DNA of 63,515 nucleotides, counting the filler, from Octopus bimaculoides (lineage: Eukaryota), in NCBI RefSeq assembly GCF_001194135.2. It is 5 parts of 5 records of this genome, joined end to end, with 100 filler letters (N's around TTAATTAATTAA, not from the genome) between each part and the next. Parts side by side here need not be neighbours in the genome. Positions count along the whole stretch, not along the records: positions 1 to 19,809 come from NC_068983.1; 4 more parts are not named here. One strand, given 5' to 3'. Within the stretch, counting starts at the first letter, position 1. Each line of letters opens with the position of its first letter. Below the pieces are notes generated by a model. It was not told the DNA's origin. It made no database searches and worked only from the letters and a program-made list of their open reading frames with translations. A program made the translations under genes and the position numbers. Positions 1-14,344 of the stretch are shown here, piece after piece.

Positions 1-85
<85 letters not shown>

Positions 86-199
86 TCTGGGAGGCAATAC
101 ATTTATATACTGGGAATATTAGTGATATATCTGAGGTACGGCCATCGATAAAAATTCTGTACCAAAGCAGTTGAAGTTTGCTTATTTATCTTTCCAGTG

Positions 200-700
200 T
201 AAAGGATGAGTTAGTTGCAGAAGGTCAAAAATGTGGAAAGAATAGGTAGGATTCCAACAGAAGTGCTAAAAGTTAGGATGACATTCTTATTAGAGGTTTG
301 ACTGTTTGTAGGAGACGATTTCCGAAAGGGTTGGTGGTGTAGGACTAACACCATATTCAAGAAGAAGGATAAGAAAGAATGCAAGATATACCCAGAGAAA
401 TCGTCCTTTACGTTGTACTGCCCGGAAAATACTCGTAAGCATGTAACTTGTAAGAGTGTAAGATAAATCACATGCGCTAATCTCAGTAGTTGTGCCTGTA
501 ACTCAATACAGATTTAGAGAGAAAAGGAACAGTGTGTATAGGGTGTTGCATCTCCGCCAGATCAAACAGAAATCTATCGAAGAGGGCACTTTGTTTCTAT
601 CTTTGTCTAAATGAAGTCGTTGGACACATTGAAACACTTGAGACTGGTGACAGATACTCAGATGACCGATAGAGTAAACCTGTTTATATACCGAACGGTA
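200..700 (+). mobile_element. Decayed RTE-like LINE reverse-transcriptase fragment
   Basis: Broken frames give GRIPTEVLK..TIFKKKDKKECK..TARKILVS..VPVTQYRFREKR..LRQIKQKS, matching the RTE RT order IPAEVLK / IFKKGDR.EC / GKILA / PESQCGFR / LRQ.QEK. Many stops. Confidence 0.55.
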
Positions 701-2399
701 ACAATGATGTTTTATTCTTGTCAATTTCTGGTATTAGTCACCATTAAACTCTGTGGCGACAGCTAGCAGAAACATATTGACATTAATTTCTTTGAATTAT
801 ATTAATCTTGGTTCACAACGTTTAAACTGAAAACACGGTAAAATCATGCTTCCATTTTATCACGGTGAAGCGTCACACTTATTAAATATGAAGGCAAACG
901 ATATCAATGCTTAATGCTTGTAGCGGGAAGTAGTAAATCATTTTTGTCCGATATCGGGAAAATTTGCTTCAGATACTTGATAAAACCTTTGATATTCATA
1001 ATGGAATGAGAGTGAGAACGTTGTAGTGGGATGGGAACAAATTGATTAAAATCATGCCTAAGATATTCCTTCGTCTTTCGTGTGTTGCATTTCAGAATAA
1101 TTCTGTATGGTCAATTGTATGCCAGCAATTGTAATTCGGACTCTTAGCCACCCACATACTATTAATTCTAAGGCAAGTGTTGGTTAAATTTGACGCTTTT
1201 AAATTGCACCATTTGTCTTTATTCTAAGAATTATTTTGCAATACGTATATATAAATACACATATTTCTACACAGATGATTCGATCTTCTATTCGTCTAAA
1301 ATTATCTGTAAGTAGAAACAATTTACAGTTTATATAAACGTGTCTCTCCTTCACTCAAAAACAATCATTGCCTTAAGCAAATAGAAACATCTTCAAAGTC
1401 AATTTTTCACACCTTTTAAACAACGTCTACTCAAACCTTAATATTTGATACCAATTCATAACATCCGTATTGAGTTTTCAATTTTACACTCAATCAATGA
1501 CAACAAAACTGAAACACCCCAAAATCAAAACCTTCGTTCAAAGACACAGAACCCATGAGCACTGCTAAGTTACTAACTTGCTAACCTGTAAGAAAGACTT
1601 GCTCGCAAAAAAAGCAAGGCTCATAAACCGAGATCTGTTGCTATGTTTTAAATTACACCTAAAACAACAAGTACAACATAACGACTATTCTCAGATGTAG
1701 TGTAGAAACCTTTTCTGCTGCCGCTAAAAACAATAGCTAAATTAACATTTCCTGGCTAAATATTCAGCTGTGTAACTTTACCTACATCACGCTTTCCACA
1801 GATGTTGAAACTGAACAACAATAATATCTAAATCCACCAATTGGATGGTATGTAAAATGTCATTTGTACGAAACTCAGTTCTTTGCTGAACTGCATTGAT
1901 ATGTTAAAAGCACAAGTTAACACAGTAAATGAATTTTGTAACAAATGCACGTGGCAATATATCCAGTATATAAAATAATTTATTCCATACCTTGCTGTAT
2001 TAGTACATATATTATTACATCTCAGCTAGCAAATGTGTAGCGTTACGTGAATTTATTTATCCTATAACCATTTCGTTCAGGTTTTTCTTTCGAATTTATA
2101 TTCTTCCTAATTTGGCGATTGAATTATGAGGTAACTGACCTTGAGAAAAGTGAAGCTATCCTATTCTCACATTTGAGATACTGCTGTATATCAAAATGTT
2201 ATATTACGAGAGCAGAATTAAACATATGTTTATTTAACCTATCATATATGATACTCATATATGTATGAATATTCCTTTCCCCTTTAAGTTATTGGAAATC
2301 TTCCTGTAAGAGAGGAGCTGGTTTCTAACTAATATACAACACTCTATCGTTGGAATTCACATTCTAAACTTGAGAAAATCCCTGCATATTTTTACTATT

Positions 2400-3330
2400 A
2401 TCTTTAGAGATACTGTTTCTAATGTACGAGTTAGCTGGCTGATGAATGTTTCCAGATTGTCACTTAGGTATACAAATAATCAATGTTATAAATGTGAATG
2501 AATAACCTGGCCGTAGGAGCTGAAAGTTTCGAAGCAGTTATCCGTACTTTTATTCTTTCTGTTTGGTTTTCGAAGAGATATTCATATAAGAACGGCAATT
2601 GATCTCTATGACATTGCATAAATGTTCTTGTCACTAACAACGATACCAGGCTTTTCATGTTTGCACTCCGTAGAAATTTTAGTGGTATGTTCCACCTGTA
2701 TACTTCGTATTGATGTTCATGAATGTATTCAATAACTGGGGTTTTTTTCTATATAAATCCCATGAGTGTGGGACACTGGATATTGTTTTAGCGACAAGAT
2801 AAGTGGCATTTGGAGGTTCTATCTAAATTCATGATATCTTTCATAGAACTGTGACATTTTGGTCACATTTAAGGGCTGTAAGGGCTTCACAGCCTCTTGT
2901 TTGTTAGATAATTTGCAGGAAACTGCTGCTTTTTGATCGCAAACGCAGAGCTTTTGAAGTTCAATATAGCTGCCTCGTGTCCATGAAAAAGTTAATATTA
3001 CTATTATATTCACGTTTTTGGAAAACAAACTCATTTTCTCTTTTTTTTTCTTTTTTTCTTTCTTTTGCACGCAGAGCGTTTCACATCAAACTCCTTGAAT
3101 TTTGTTAGTCCAGCTATTTTGGTGGGTATTATAAGATGTCATCAGGAAAAGAGAGCCCCGTGAAAATCTCGCTGCCAACATTTGCGTTGTAGGTGCTGTC
3201 TGAGAAGACCTGTACAACATTCGAAATTGATCTGAAGCCTCTACCTTCTTCATTTCTTCTAAGAGGCAATCAATATCATTGTCTTTGAGGACTTGTCTAG
3301 ATTACATCAGCATCAAGTGTGTTTTAATGC
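2400..3330 (-). mobile_element. Old RLE-type (R4/Dong-like) LINE relic, 3' half
   Basis: Minus-strand frames contain EGRGFRSI (cf. GGRGL), WNIP and CKHEKPGIVV (cf. KPDIVV of the restriction-like endonuclease). Heavily degraded. Confidence 0.55.
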
Positions 3331-4229
3331 CTATGGAGTTACACATAAATTTAGTATCCCAATATTGAATTGTAGGATTCTGTCTTGTAAGAAGAGAGTT
3401 CCATATGGCATATATTTCTAAATATGATGTGATATTCTCGGGTCACTCTGCTATATTTATATCTCTTTCGCATGAAATGTTTCCAGCAATGTCTTGCTTC
3501 TTGTGGCATTCTTAAATATATATATATATATGCATTTGTATTAAGGGCATTACTATACATAAATGCCTCACGCTAGGAGGGACTCTAAAAAGTCAAACTA
3601 ACATAATAGACACATTTTTACCGAACACGAGGGAATGCAACTCTCGAAGCGAGCCTCCTAAAACCAGACTAAATCATGATTTCGTAATCAGTGCAGTAAT
3701 ATGCACTCTTTACTCTTCAGTACACGTATAGTCAAGACACATAAAAATAAACAAAAATCAGCATACTAGACGAACACTCAATGTATTCAGAATAGTACAT
3801 AGAAATTGTTTATCCCTATACATTTATGTAAGAGGCGGACTTTTCGAATTGCATCTCGGTACACGTGTTTTTCAGAATAAAATTCAGCACTGGTATATTC
3901 TGGTTTAATTTACAATTTAAATATAGGATAAAGTCTTTATTCTTATATAGGATAAAATCTTTATTCTTATCAAGTAGTTAGCGTGAAAAAATTTCATAAG
4001 GGAAAAATCCATTAATTATTCCCAAATTATTAGCGGGATGTCATTGAAACTCATGTAGATAAGAAAATACCTATTTAATTCCTTGAAGTACATACTGAAA
4101 TGAACACATAGTCATAAAGATGGAAGATATAGAAATAAACAAATAAACAGCGTTCAGAAATGACTGGTGAGCTAGTTAGTAAAGGATATATGAAACTTTG
4201 TTTGAAATAAGTTGGAAAAGGCACTGGTC

Positions 4230-5114
4230 CATGGAACATGCTAATTTACCACGAGGTACATGCCCTATTGCCTATCACATTTCATCGTTGCTCCTAAGCT
4301 TTAGAATAATCCATAAGTTTTCTATTTAGCCACAGAATCTTAATTGTTGCAGATACTCTATAGTTTTCTTCGCTGAGTGCGAGAGCGCATTATTTTGCAT
4401 GAATATTATAGTTGTCTTGAAGGTGATCCTTTGCTTTTTTAACCAAGGTTCAATGTGCTCTTCCAGAAAGGCTATGTAAGCATCTGCACTCATTTTAACA
4501 CCGTCAGGCACTTTCCAACGACCAACCATAATGCCTCCAATAATGATGCCTCCACACCCTTGTTGGCGTCTCCAACGTTGATAACGATCTCGTCCATTTA
4601 CAACCTATCCTATACTCCCACCATCAAGTCCATCAAGAGTAGCACGAGTTTCATCCGTTAACGGTACTTTGAAAAATCGAACTTCATGTTATTTTCTGCT
4701 CATTCCAGACGACTTCGTGCGTGTATTTTGTTTAAAGAGGTCTTTCAACAGATTTCCTAATTTCGCACATGTATTTTGCTTAAAGGTGGTCTTTTAACAA
4801 ACCTGTTTCAGAAGACGACATCTGGTAGTTCTGGATATAGTTGTTTCGCCAATGTGCTTGGAAAGTTCTCCACTTGTAGGACATCACTACTTTACCACTT
4901 CACACTTAATTCATGCTAGAGACCATTGAAATACAGCCGTCGACTGACCCTAGACGGCTCTCTTACGTATCTTCGTAGTAACTGTAACAATTTCCTTCTC
5001 CGTTTGGTGATATCTTCCAATTATTTTAGATATTTATAATGTTGATTCCCCTTTTGAAATTTGGGAAGTAATAACAGATTTTTTCGAAGCAGTTAAGTCA
5101 TATTTACAGCCCAT
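4230..5114 (-). pseudogene. Tc1-family transposase, inactivated
   Basis: Candidate ATG at 5114. Motifs TDETRATLDG, RRQQGCGG, MVGRWKVPDGVKM and IIFMQNNALSHSAK (second catalytic D appears as N). Stops and frameshifts; TIRs not confidently located. Confidence 0.85.
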
Positions 5115-5612
5115 AATTACACGATTATCACACCACACATTAATAATTTAGAACACCAAAAGTTCGTGGAAATCTTGCAAATGGCTGCGGTTTGTTTCCA
5201 CCTGCGAAAAATCTCACTTGTTTTACACACTACGCGCTTATAACATGCCATCATTTTGCTGAATTACAACGAGCAGTTTTTAAATAAAATAAAAATAAAT
5301 GTTACGTTGTTAATAATTTGAAGCGCAAACACGCACAACTGGATCATTCTTAAGTTTATTACAATTCGTTTAACACTGATTAATTATTGTTGTTGAAATA
5401 AACTCAATCTTAAGTTTTCTTTTCTACTCTCCTTTCCAATTTCTTTTATTCCTCAATTTGGCATCAATAGAGAAAGTTATTGTTCCTTAATGACAGTCTA
5501 CGCTGTTGTTTGAGCCTCATATAATTTAGAATCTCGGTGGCATTCCACTTTACCTAACAAAGAATTCAAACGTGCACACATATTTATACATACATATATT
5601 ATGTGTGTGTGT

Positions 5613-5987
5613 GGAGACGCAATGGCCCAGTGGTTAGGGCAGTGGACTAATGGAATCGCGGTTTCGATTCCCAGACCGGGCGTTGTGGGTGTTTATTGAG
5701 CGGAAAAGCTCCACGTGGCTCCTGCTGGGGAGGGGGATCATGGCGAACTTTGTTGTACACTTTCACCACAACATTCTCTCACACTTTCTTCCTGTTTCTG
5801 TTGTACCTGTATTTCAAAGAACCAGCCTTGTCACACTCTGTGTCACGCTGAATATCTCTGAGAATTATATAAAGAGTACAAGTGTCTGTGGGATGCTCAG
5901 CCACTTGCACGTTAATTTCATGAGAACGCTGTTCCGTGGATCGGATCATCTGGGACCGTCATTGTTGCAACCGACGAAGTGCCGCGA
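5613..5987 (+). mobile_element. tRNA-derived SINE (family A)
   Basis: A-box TGGCCCAGTGG and B-box GGTTTCGATTCC. Colinear with the copy at 43536-43905. Confidence 0.85.
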
Positions 5988-6684
5988 TGTGTGGTGTGTG
6001 TGAGTATGTGTATTGTATATCAACAAGAATAGGTGCATACACAAAGTGTACCTGCAACACATACAAACACACATCACACACGCAGACACACACGCACATT
6101 TAGACACTTACACATACACAGACACACACGTATATGTATGTGTAACTCTGGCCCCCTTCGAATAGATCTTCTTCGGTATTCAGCATCGTATATATCTGAA
6201 TTTTTACTGATGATAGATTCCATGTAAGGAAAGATTTATACGAAGTCAAGTAAGACAATATGTTGCACGTCAATATTTATGCATAAGGTGGAACACATGT
6301 TTCACTTGTGACTCTGAAATTTCCTTATAAAAAGCTATGTTACATTCAAGAACTGACTGGGATAATATGATTAATGTAGCATAAGGAATAGTAAGTCTAA
6401 TTTATAGTGTTCAACGAATGGACAGTTCTACAATTAAAATAATGCGAGTTTGAATGGGGATTATGAGTTAAAATATTATTTAAGAATATCTATTCATGCA
6501 TACACTGATATTTTTTTCCGCCAATCCCATTAGTTCTATCTCGTCCTAATTTCCTTTGAAACCTGCTCTGAAGCTTCCGTCAATGGGAGCCAATATAAAT
6601 CCACCGAAGAACTACAAATCGTGGTTTAAACTGGCAAATTATACATGACTAAGCAGTGTAAACTTTCATATTTCAACAAATGAA

Positions 6685-7015
6685 ATAATGAAGATGATGG
6701 TGAGGGGGCGATATTGATTACGATGTCGATAATGATGAAATTAATGACGATGAAGACGTTAGTGATGATGAGAATGTTGGTGATTCGGAAGGTGATTCTA
6801 ATGATGATAAGAACGAGAACGTGGACGGTAACATTGATGTTGATGACGATAAAGGTGCCGTTGCTCTTGGTGGTGGTGTGATGATAACCATGATGGTGGT
6901 GGTGGTTGTGATGACGATGATGGTGGTGACGATGACGATAATAATGGTGTTGGTGACTATTATGGTTCGAGTGCTTCTACTCCTACTGGTGATGATGGTT
7001 CTTCTTGTGTTATCT
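6685..7015. repeat. Degenerate (GAT/GGT)n low-complexity tract
   Basis: Visible GAT/GAC/GGT triplet periodicity; accounts for ORF 6821-7039. Confidence 0.7.
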
Positions 7016-8152
7016 GACCTGAAACCACAAGAACGTTAGTTTTGATAAAAATAAGAAGGTATAAATCTATACAAACCAAATCCACAGGAATTAATACAGA
7101 TACACATCATACAGAAATTATTCCAGTATTATGCAATTCGAGTTGTAAGATAGAATACATTTAATAAAATGCAGCAATCCGAATTGCAATCTAAATAATA
7201 CTCAATCTAAGTAATACTAATCTAAATAATACTCATACCCAAGCATTATTATGTATATCATCCTGTTATGTACCTCCGTATATATAACTGGTTTATGTAC
7301 ATTGCATTAATATCACAATACAAAATAGAAGCAGGTGTACTGAGGAGCTTGACAAGATATATAAAATCGCGAAATAAAAAGTATTCTAATCAGAAAAGTT
7401 ACCGAACACAATCCATTCAAATGTTATATTTCAAAATACAGAAAAGCTCATATATGTTTGGTAGAAATAGGTTTTGGAGCCACAGATTAGAAACCGATTA
7501 TTTAGCATATAACACGTGGAGAGGCAGATATAACGAAGTAAGTTGAAAAATTTAATTTTCTGGAAGAGTGTTTGAAGATTATCTTGCGAGGCATTATAAC
7601 GGCAGGTCTGATATCGGCCATAAGAATACAAGTAATCACAGACAAATAGACGAGAAGGATACATTGGAAGTATGTCGATTACTTGGAAGAGACAGACTAT
7701 AACTCGCATGATATCAGACTATAATTAACTGGACGGTAAAATAGTATGTGTGTGTGAACCCATTTGAACATGAACATACATTATAGAACAGAATAGCTAC
7801 TGATCATACACTATAGAACAGCCGGTAAATCCGTAGAGAAATAGACAAGAAACGACAGCTAAAATCTTATATGAAATTCCGACGTCAAACTGAAACGTTG
7901 ATGACTAGGTAGTGCGACAGTGGAGACATGTATATAGAACTTGAAACATAGCCAGCATCAGCAACAACAATAATCATTTATACTACAGACACAAGATTTG
8001 AAATTTTGAGGGGTGAATATTATTCGATTACATTGAGTCAATGATCGACTGGTAGTTATTTCATCGATCCCAAATGAATGAAATGCAAATTTGATAGTGG
8101 TGGATTTTGAGCGCAGAATGTGAATGGATACGAAATGATAGCTTGCCGCCTT

Positions 8153-8160
8153 AATAATGC

Positions 8161-8208
<48 letters not shown>

Positions 8209-8220
8209 TAATAATAATAA
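8153..8220. repeat. (AAT)n microsatellite
   Basis: Direct reading; abuts the 5'-truncated LINE at 8221. Confidence 0.95.
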
Positions 8221-9110
8221 AATTCACTACTGATCTCTTAGATACCTACCAAATTTATCAAGTTGAAGGAAATGCGCCAACTGCTGCTGCAAAGAAAATA
8301 CAATTAATTGCAAAGACAAAAGCACATGAAAAATTAGCTAGCAGATGGGAACAGAAACCTCTGCATGGCAAGTATGTGGCTCGAATCAAACAAGCTGATG
8401 TCGACTAGAAACACACGCATCAGTGGTTACGAAGTTCAGGGCTAATAACAGAGTGTGAAGGTTCATATTAGCTGCTCAAGACCAAAGCTTATTAACCCGG
8501 AGTTACAAAGCCAATGTGATAAAAATGGAGCTGACTCAAAATGCCGATCCTGTAACGCTGAGATTAAAACTATAGACCACCTAATCTCAGGGTGTAGAGT
8601 CTCAGCACCTGTAGAATATAAAGCAAGACATGACAAAGTTGGCCAGTATTTACACTGGACAATTTGTCGGCATTATAAAATCAAAACCCCTGACAAATGG
8701 TATAAACATCATCCTGAAGCTGTGACTGAGGGAGAAAATATGTCGATTCTCTAGGACTTCCCCGTACATACCGACAAAACTATAAAAGCTAATAAACCGG
8801 ATATTATTATAAAAGATCAGACAAAAAAGTTGTGTTTATTATTTGACATGAGTATTCCTTACGATCACAATAGAGCGGCGAAAGAATTTGACAAGATCAG
8901 TAAATAAAACGACTTGCTAATAGAAATTGAAAAAATGTGGCATCTCAATGCGACTACCGTACCAGTGATTGTAGGATATCCAGGAATGATAAACAAAACG
9001 TACTGAAAATCTATTTGAAAATGATACCAGGCTCACTGTCCCTACAAGAAGTGCAAAAAATCGTGCTAACTGAAACGACTCATGTACTGAGAAGAGCATT
9101 ATCGCTGTGA
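8221..9110 (+). mobile_element. 5'-truncated R4/Dong-like RLE LINE (Zn-knuckle plus RLE)
   Basis: WEQKPLHGKY, QWLRSSGL, AAQDQSL, CRSC..TIDHLISGC..YKARHDKVG, ANKPDIIIKD, IEIEKMWHL..TVPVIVG. Several stops. Confidence 0.9.
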
Positions 9111-9128
9111 AAACATCCATTCATGAAT

Positions 9129-9159
<31 letters not shown>

Positions 9160-9289
9160 TGTTAAATACATATTTTACATGTGAATTTGCGTGTGCAAAC
9201 TGGGAATGCATACAATGAGCTTCTCTGCCCTAGGTGTACGGAAAACACTCGGCGAGAAATGGAAGAAAATTTGAAGAAAGAAGAAAAAA

Positions 9290-9625
<336 letters not shown>

Positions 9626-9779
9626 TAAAATTTAAAAAAGCATAAATGGATACGTGAGTAATATATTTCAATCCTACACGCTTATTTTACAGCTGTGCTC
9701 TACCCACAGAACGAAAATACAACATATAAAATAATCTGGTAGGAAAAAAGATTTGCAGGAAAATAGATTTGGATGTAGG

Positions 9780-12700
9780 AATGAAACCTAATAAACTAGC
9801 TAACATACGGAGATATATTCTCAAAACAAAAAAAAAGTGTCAGAAATAGAAGGAAAAATACATCACGAAAACATAGTGACCACACAATGCCAAATATTAT
9901 CATAAGCACTGGGACTGTAAAATACAGAAACAAATGAAACCTGTCCAACAAAAACGAAGGAAACAACGAAAGACAACAAACCCAAACCGTAGGAATGCAT
10001 AATGATGAACAAAATGCACCAAACCAGAACACCACAGACAAAAATATGAACGGGAGGGAATACGAAATAAAACTAAAATCTAGAAACAGTGAAGGCGAAA
10101 TTAATGATTATGATACTCTGAAAATGAGTATTGTCAAAGAATTGAAAGCCACAGATCTCAGTATGGACCATCGATTTTACCTCCGCCAGATTAACATTGA
10201 TAATAAAATAATATCAATAATAAATAACAGAACTAATAGCCACAGAAACAAAAGTCAATAAGATCAGGTTAAATGATATAATATATCCAGCAACCTCTCT
10301 GTCATCAAAAGAAACTGGATACTCCCACAAACCCATCGAAACAGGAGTATCACCACCCAAGCAAACTCTGTGGACAAAATATATCCACAAAAAAAAAAAA
10401 AAAAAAATTAAAGAAAAGCTATGTCAGTCCTTAATGAAACTAGTAGGTAATCAACACTACTAAGCAACAAGAAGAGAAGAAAACTACCTCGTAAATATAC
10501 AGAATAAAGTATACTAGAGGGAAAAGAATAGCTGAATCGAGATATCCTCGGCTAAGCACAAATTATCCGCTGGTATACAAGCACCAACGTTTCTTTGAAC
10601 AAAACAAACAGTTCAATTCCAACCCCACAGCAAATACTAAATAACTGGCACGACAAAGCCCCAACTGCTGGTTAAAATATCTAACACATAAAACGCTGGC
10701 TGAGAAATTTTACGAAATAGTTGCACAGCCAGAGACAATTGCCTGAACGGCTCACTGAATGAAAACTATCGTAATTCTCAAATCCACGAAATGGCAAACC
10801 CACAAAATTACAGAGCGATAACATGTCTCGTTACAATTTACAAAACCTTTACTAAAGTCATATCGCAGGGAATGGGCAAACATCTGGAAGAAAACAATCC
10901 GTTTCCAGGATAACAGAATGGATTCTGAAGGGCTCATACGGATGTAAAGACCAGCTATTGTTCAATAAATCCACAACTGAAGACACCCATAGGAAAAAGA
11001 AGCGTAGCTTAGATCGATTATAGAAAGGCTTTTGATAGTATTCCCCACACGTGGATCCTAGAAACATTAGCCATGAACAAGGTCGCGCCCACAGTCATAA
11101 AATCAATAAAACATTCCATGAATCAGTGGCAGACAGTGCTATAGCTCCAGACAAAAGAGAGACCCATAAAAAAACAAAGCCATCACCATTATTAGAAGAA
11201 TATTCCAAGGAGATACGCTCTCTCCACTCCTTTTCTGCTTGGCACTGACACATTTATCCGACATGCTAAACAGAACTGGATGTGGATACGACTATTACGG
11301 CAAAGAATCAACCATCTTTTGTATATAGATGATTGAAAACTATGTGCTGCAAATGATAAACAGCTGGAAATATTATTACAGACAGTACGTCGAATTACCA
11401 AAGAAAAACGTACCTAGAAAAATGTGCGAAAGCAATATTGAAGAGACGAAAACTAGCTAAGAGTAACAGAATCACACTAGATAAAGCAAATGAAATAAAA
11501 GAGTTTGACCAAAGTCTGACACACAAACACTTAAGAATCAATGACCTAGATACGATACAATACACACACAAATGAAAGAGAATGTAAGAAAGGACGTGTT
11601 AGATTAATACTGAAAACAGAGCTGAATCCGAATATCAAGATAATAGTTATCAACAATCTTGCCGTCCCTGTTATAACTTACAGCTACAATATTCTTAACT
11701 GGAGTCTAAATGTACTTTTCAGCTTCCAGAATAGACAGGAAAACAAGAAGTGCTGGATTTAGGATGCACCACCAAAACTCTGACATATAAAGGTTATATA
11801 TATACAACGTATCAAAGGTGGTAGGGGACTTATTCAGCCAAAGACCAATAAAATAACCACCATGTAATTATAGAGAACAACAAAATAACCACCATAGCAT
11901 TACAGAAACACCTACTTCAGGAACAGATGAAAAATACAAAAAAGAAGTCATAGTTCCTAACAGCTATGAAGAAAAAGAAGCAACATGGGCTGTAAAGCAA
12001 CTGAAATCCAAACTAAAACTGCAACAACAAGGTATCATGAAAAGACAATGGCAAGAAATGCTTCTACATGACAAATATTGGATTGAGCTAAGCGCAATAG
12101 AAATAGCTGAAGCAAAATCACAAGAACGACTGAGAGGCTCTGAACTCAAAGTAGTGACTGAAGGACTTTTAATTGATCAAAGCCTTCCCACCAGAAATCA
12201 CCAAATACAGATTATGAGAAAAATACAACTAACTGCAATATGAGGTGATGGAGAAGAAACAATAAATGAGATTGTCTCTGGCTACCCAGTCATGGCTAAG
12301 AAGAAACATATTCACAGACACAACAGAGTTAGGGTTAGGGTTAGAGTTAGGGTTAGGGTTAGGGTTATGGTTAGGGTCCTTTATACACTGGAAATATGCC
12401 AGCACTATGGAATAACAACTAAAAAAAGATGGTATAGGTACACCCCCAGACAGGTCAGAGAAAATGAGAAAGCAACCATTATCTGGGATATGGTAATACA
12501 CACATATAGAGAAGTCAAGGCTAATATGTTGGATATAGTTGTCAGAAATGATCAAGAAAAAATTGCCTTCTAATCGATGTATCAATACCAATACATGACA
12601 ACGTTTCTCTAAAAGAAACTTTCAAAATACAAGGATCTGGAAATAATGAGGCAACTCGAATGTGGAGCCTAAAAACAAGGAATTCCTATTATAGTGGGTG

Positions 12701-12958
12701 CATTAATCATAATAAAAACTTCAAAACAAATAAATAACAAAACTACCAGGACTTGCATATATATACAATGTGTGTATGTATATATATATACTATATATAA
12801 CATACAGAAAATAGAACTAAAGGCACCACACACATCTTACGTAAAACACTTTCAAAACAGTAACTATAAAAGTACCAGAACAAACTACAGCACACACCCA
12901 ATGCACAAAGAGCTGCGTTTGGTAGTACAGTGGAAACTAGTTATCAAAATAAGACTGG

Positions 12959-12960
<2 letters not shown>
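9780..12960 (+). mobile_element. Long decayed R4/Dong-like non-LTR retrotransposon (RT, Zn-knuckle, RLE, 3'UTR)
   Basis: GSYGCKDQLL, IDYRKAFDSIPHTWIL, RIFQGDTLSPLLFCLAL, INHLLYIDD, GGRGLIQ, HRHNRV..IHW, KATIIWDMVIHT..KANMLDIVV. The 3' end matches 19438-19560 and runs into (AAT)n. Confidence 0.9.
12329..12376 (+). repeat. Interstitial telomere-type repeat (TTAGGG)x8
   Basis: Six perfect TTAGGG plus one TTAGAG and one TTATGG, inside LINE coding sequence. Confidence 0.9.
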
Positions 12961-13025
<65 letters not shown>

Positions 13026-13170
13026 GAGGAAGAAGAAGAAGAAGAAGAAGAAGAAGAAGAAGAAGAAGAAGAAGAAGAAGAAGAAGAAGAAGATGAAGAA
13101 GAAGAAGAAGAAGAAGAAGAAGAAGAAGAAGAAGAAGAAGAAGAAGAAGAAGAAGAACAAAAATAATAAA
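12961..13170. repeat. (AAT)n(AAG)n compound microsatellite
   Basis: Direct reading. Confidence 0.95.
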
Positions 13171-13184
13171 AAAATATACTGAAG

Positions 13185-14254
13185 TGATAGCAGGTACTGG
13201 CTCTCATGGCTTGTGATCTTAACTGACTGGAAGTGTTATCATGTACATGTTATGTCTTGGTGTAAAAGATGGACTACAATAAATATTCTGTCGAATACCA
13301 CACGTTTGCTTGTCAATTGTTCGACCTTAACCAGTTGAGCATATCTCATGCTGGTTGCCGATATGTGTATCTCTGATCACGCGCAGAAGTAGTGACGGAA
13401 TATCGTAATCATGTGTTGAGAGGAATTCATTGGAGTTTGAATAATTCATCTCTGGAAACATGGGTGTTTCGTTTAAAACACTTAAACAACCTTTATTCAA
13501 AGAACTTCTGAGGGGATGTGCAACTCAATGAAGAAAATTCTAACTGGACCCCACACGCAAATATATGCGCTGTTTATCTTGATATGAGATCACCATGTCG
13601 GGCACATATGGTTGTGATGCATGTGCCTGGTGTATCTGTCTCAGACGGGTAGTCATGATAGGTATATTAGGGTTGGAAAATTTGTACCCCAGTGCCACTT
13701 TGGTAGCAAGCAGTAGCAGGCAGTGGCTCTCATGGTTTCTGATCTTAACTGATTGGAAGTGTTACTATGTACATGATTTGTCTTGGTGTAAAGGACGAGC
13801 TACGGCAAATATTCTGCTCAATATCACAGATTCGCTTGTCATTTATTCGACCTTAACATTTCAAGTATGTCCTTTAGTAGCTGACGATATGTGCATCTCT
13901 GATCACGAACAGAAGTAGCGGAGGAGAATCATAGCCCCGTGTTGAGGAGAATCCTCTGGAGTTAGAATTATTCACCCCTGGAAATATGGGTGTTCTATTC
14001 AACATCTATAAAGAAACCTTATTCAGGGACCGTTTGAGCCAGATGGGCTATTCAACCTGAAAAAAAAAAAGAAACATCTAACTGAGACCCATCTGCAAAT
14101 TCATGCGCTGTTTATCGTGATAAAGATCACCATGCCGCGCACATATGGTTGTGAAGCATGTGCTGGTGTACCCTTATCAGAGAGCGTGTCATAATGGGTA
14201 TATTCGGTTTCCAATATTTGTGTCTCAGTACAAATATTCGCTGATTTCTCACTC

Positions 14255-14255
<1 letters not shown>
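13185..14255. mobile_element. Head-to-tail dimer of a ~500-bp non-coding interspersed element
   Basis: 13185-13700 and 13712-14210 are colinear (shared blocks GGCTCTCATGG, GATCTTAACTGA, TCTCTGATCACG, GCACATATGGTTGTGA). Bounded by (AAT/AAG)n and (AAT)n. Confidence 0.75.
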
Positions 14256-14327
<72 letters not shown>

Positions 14328-14344
14328 TTTCCTTTATTAATTAA

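Noticed and set aside
290-500. Minus-strand exon-like frame with hydrophobic FLWVYLAFFLILLL
   Set aside because: Better explained as the antisense of the purine-rich RTE RT relic on the plus strand.
5613-5690. tRNA genes at SINE heads (5613, 19925, 26526, 43536)
   Set aside because: A/B boxes are present, but each continues into a shared SINE body and no complete cloverleaf is evident.
12292-12573. ORF with RVRVRV repeat as a novel protein
   Set aside because: LINE remnant plus the TTAGGG tract; the frame is restored only by a chance 1-nt deletion.
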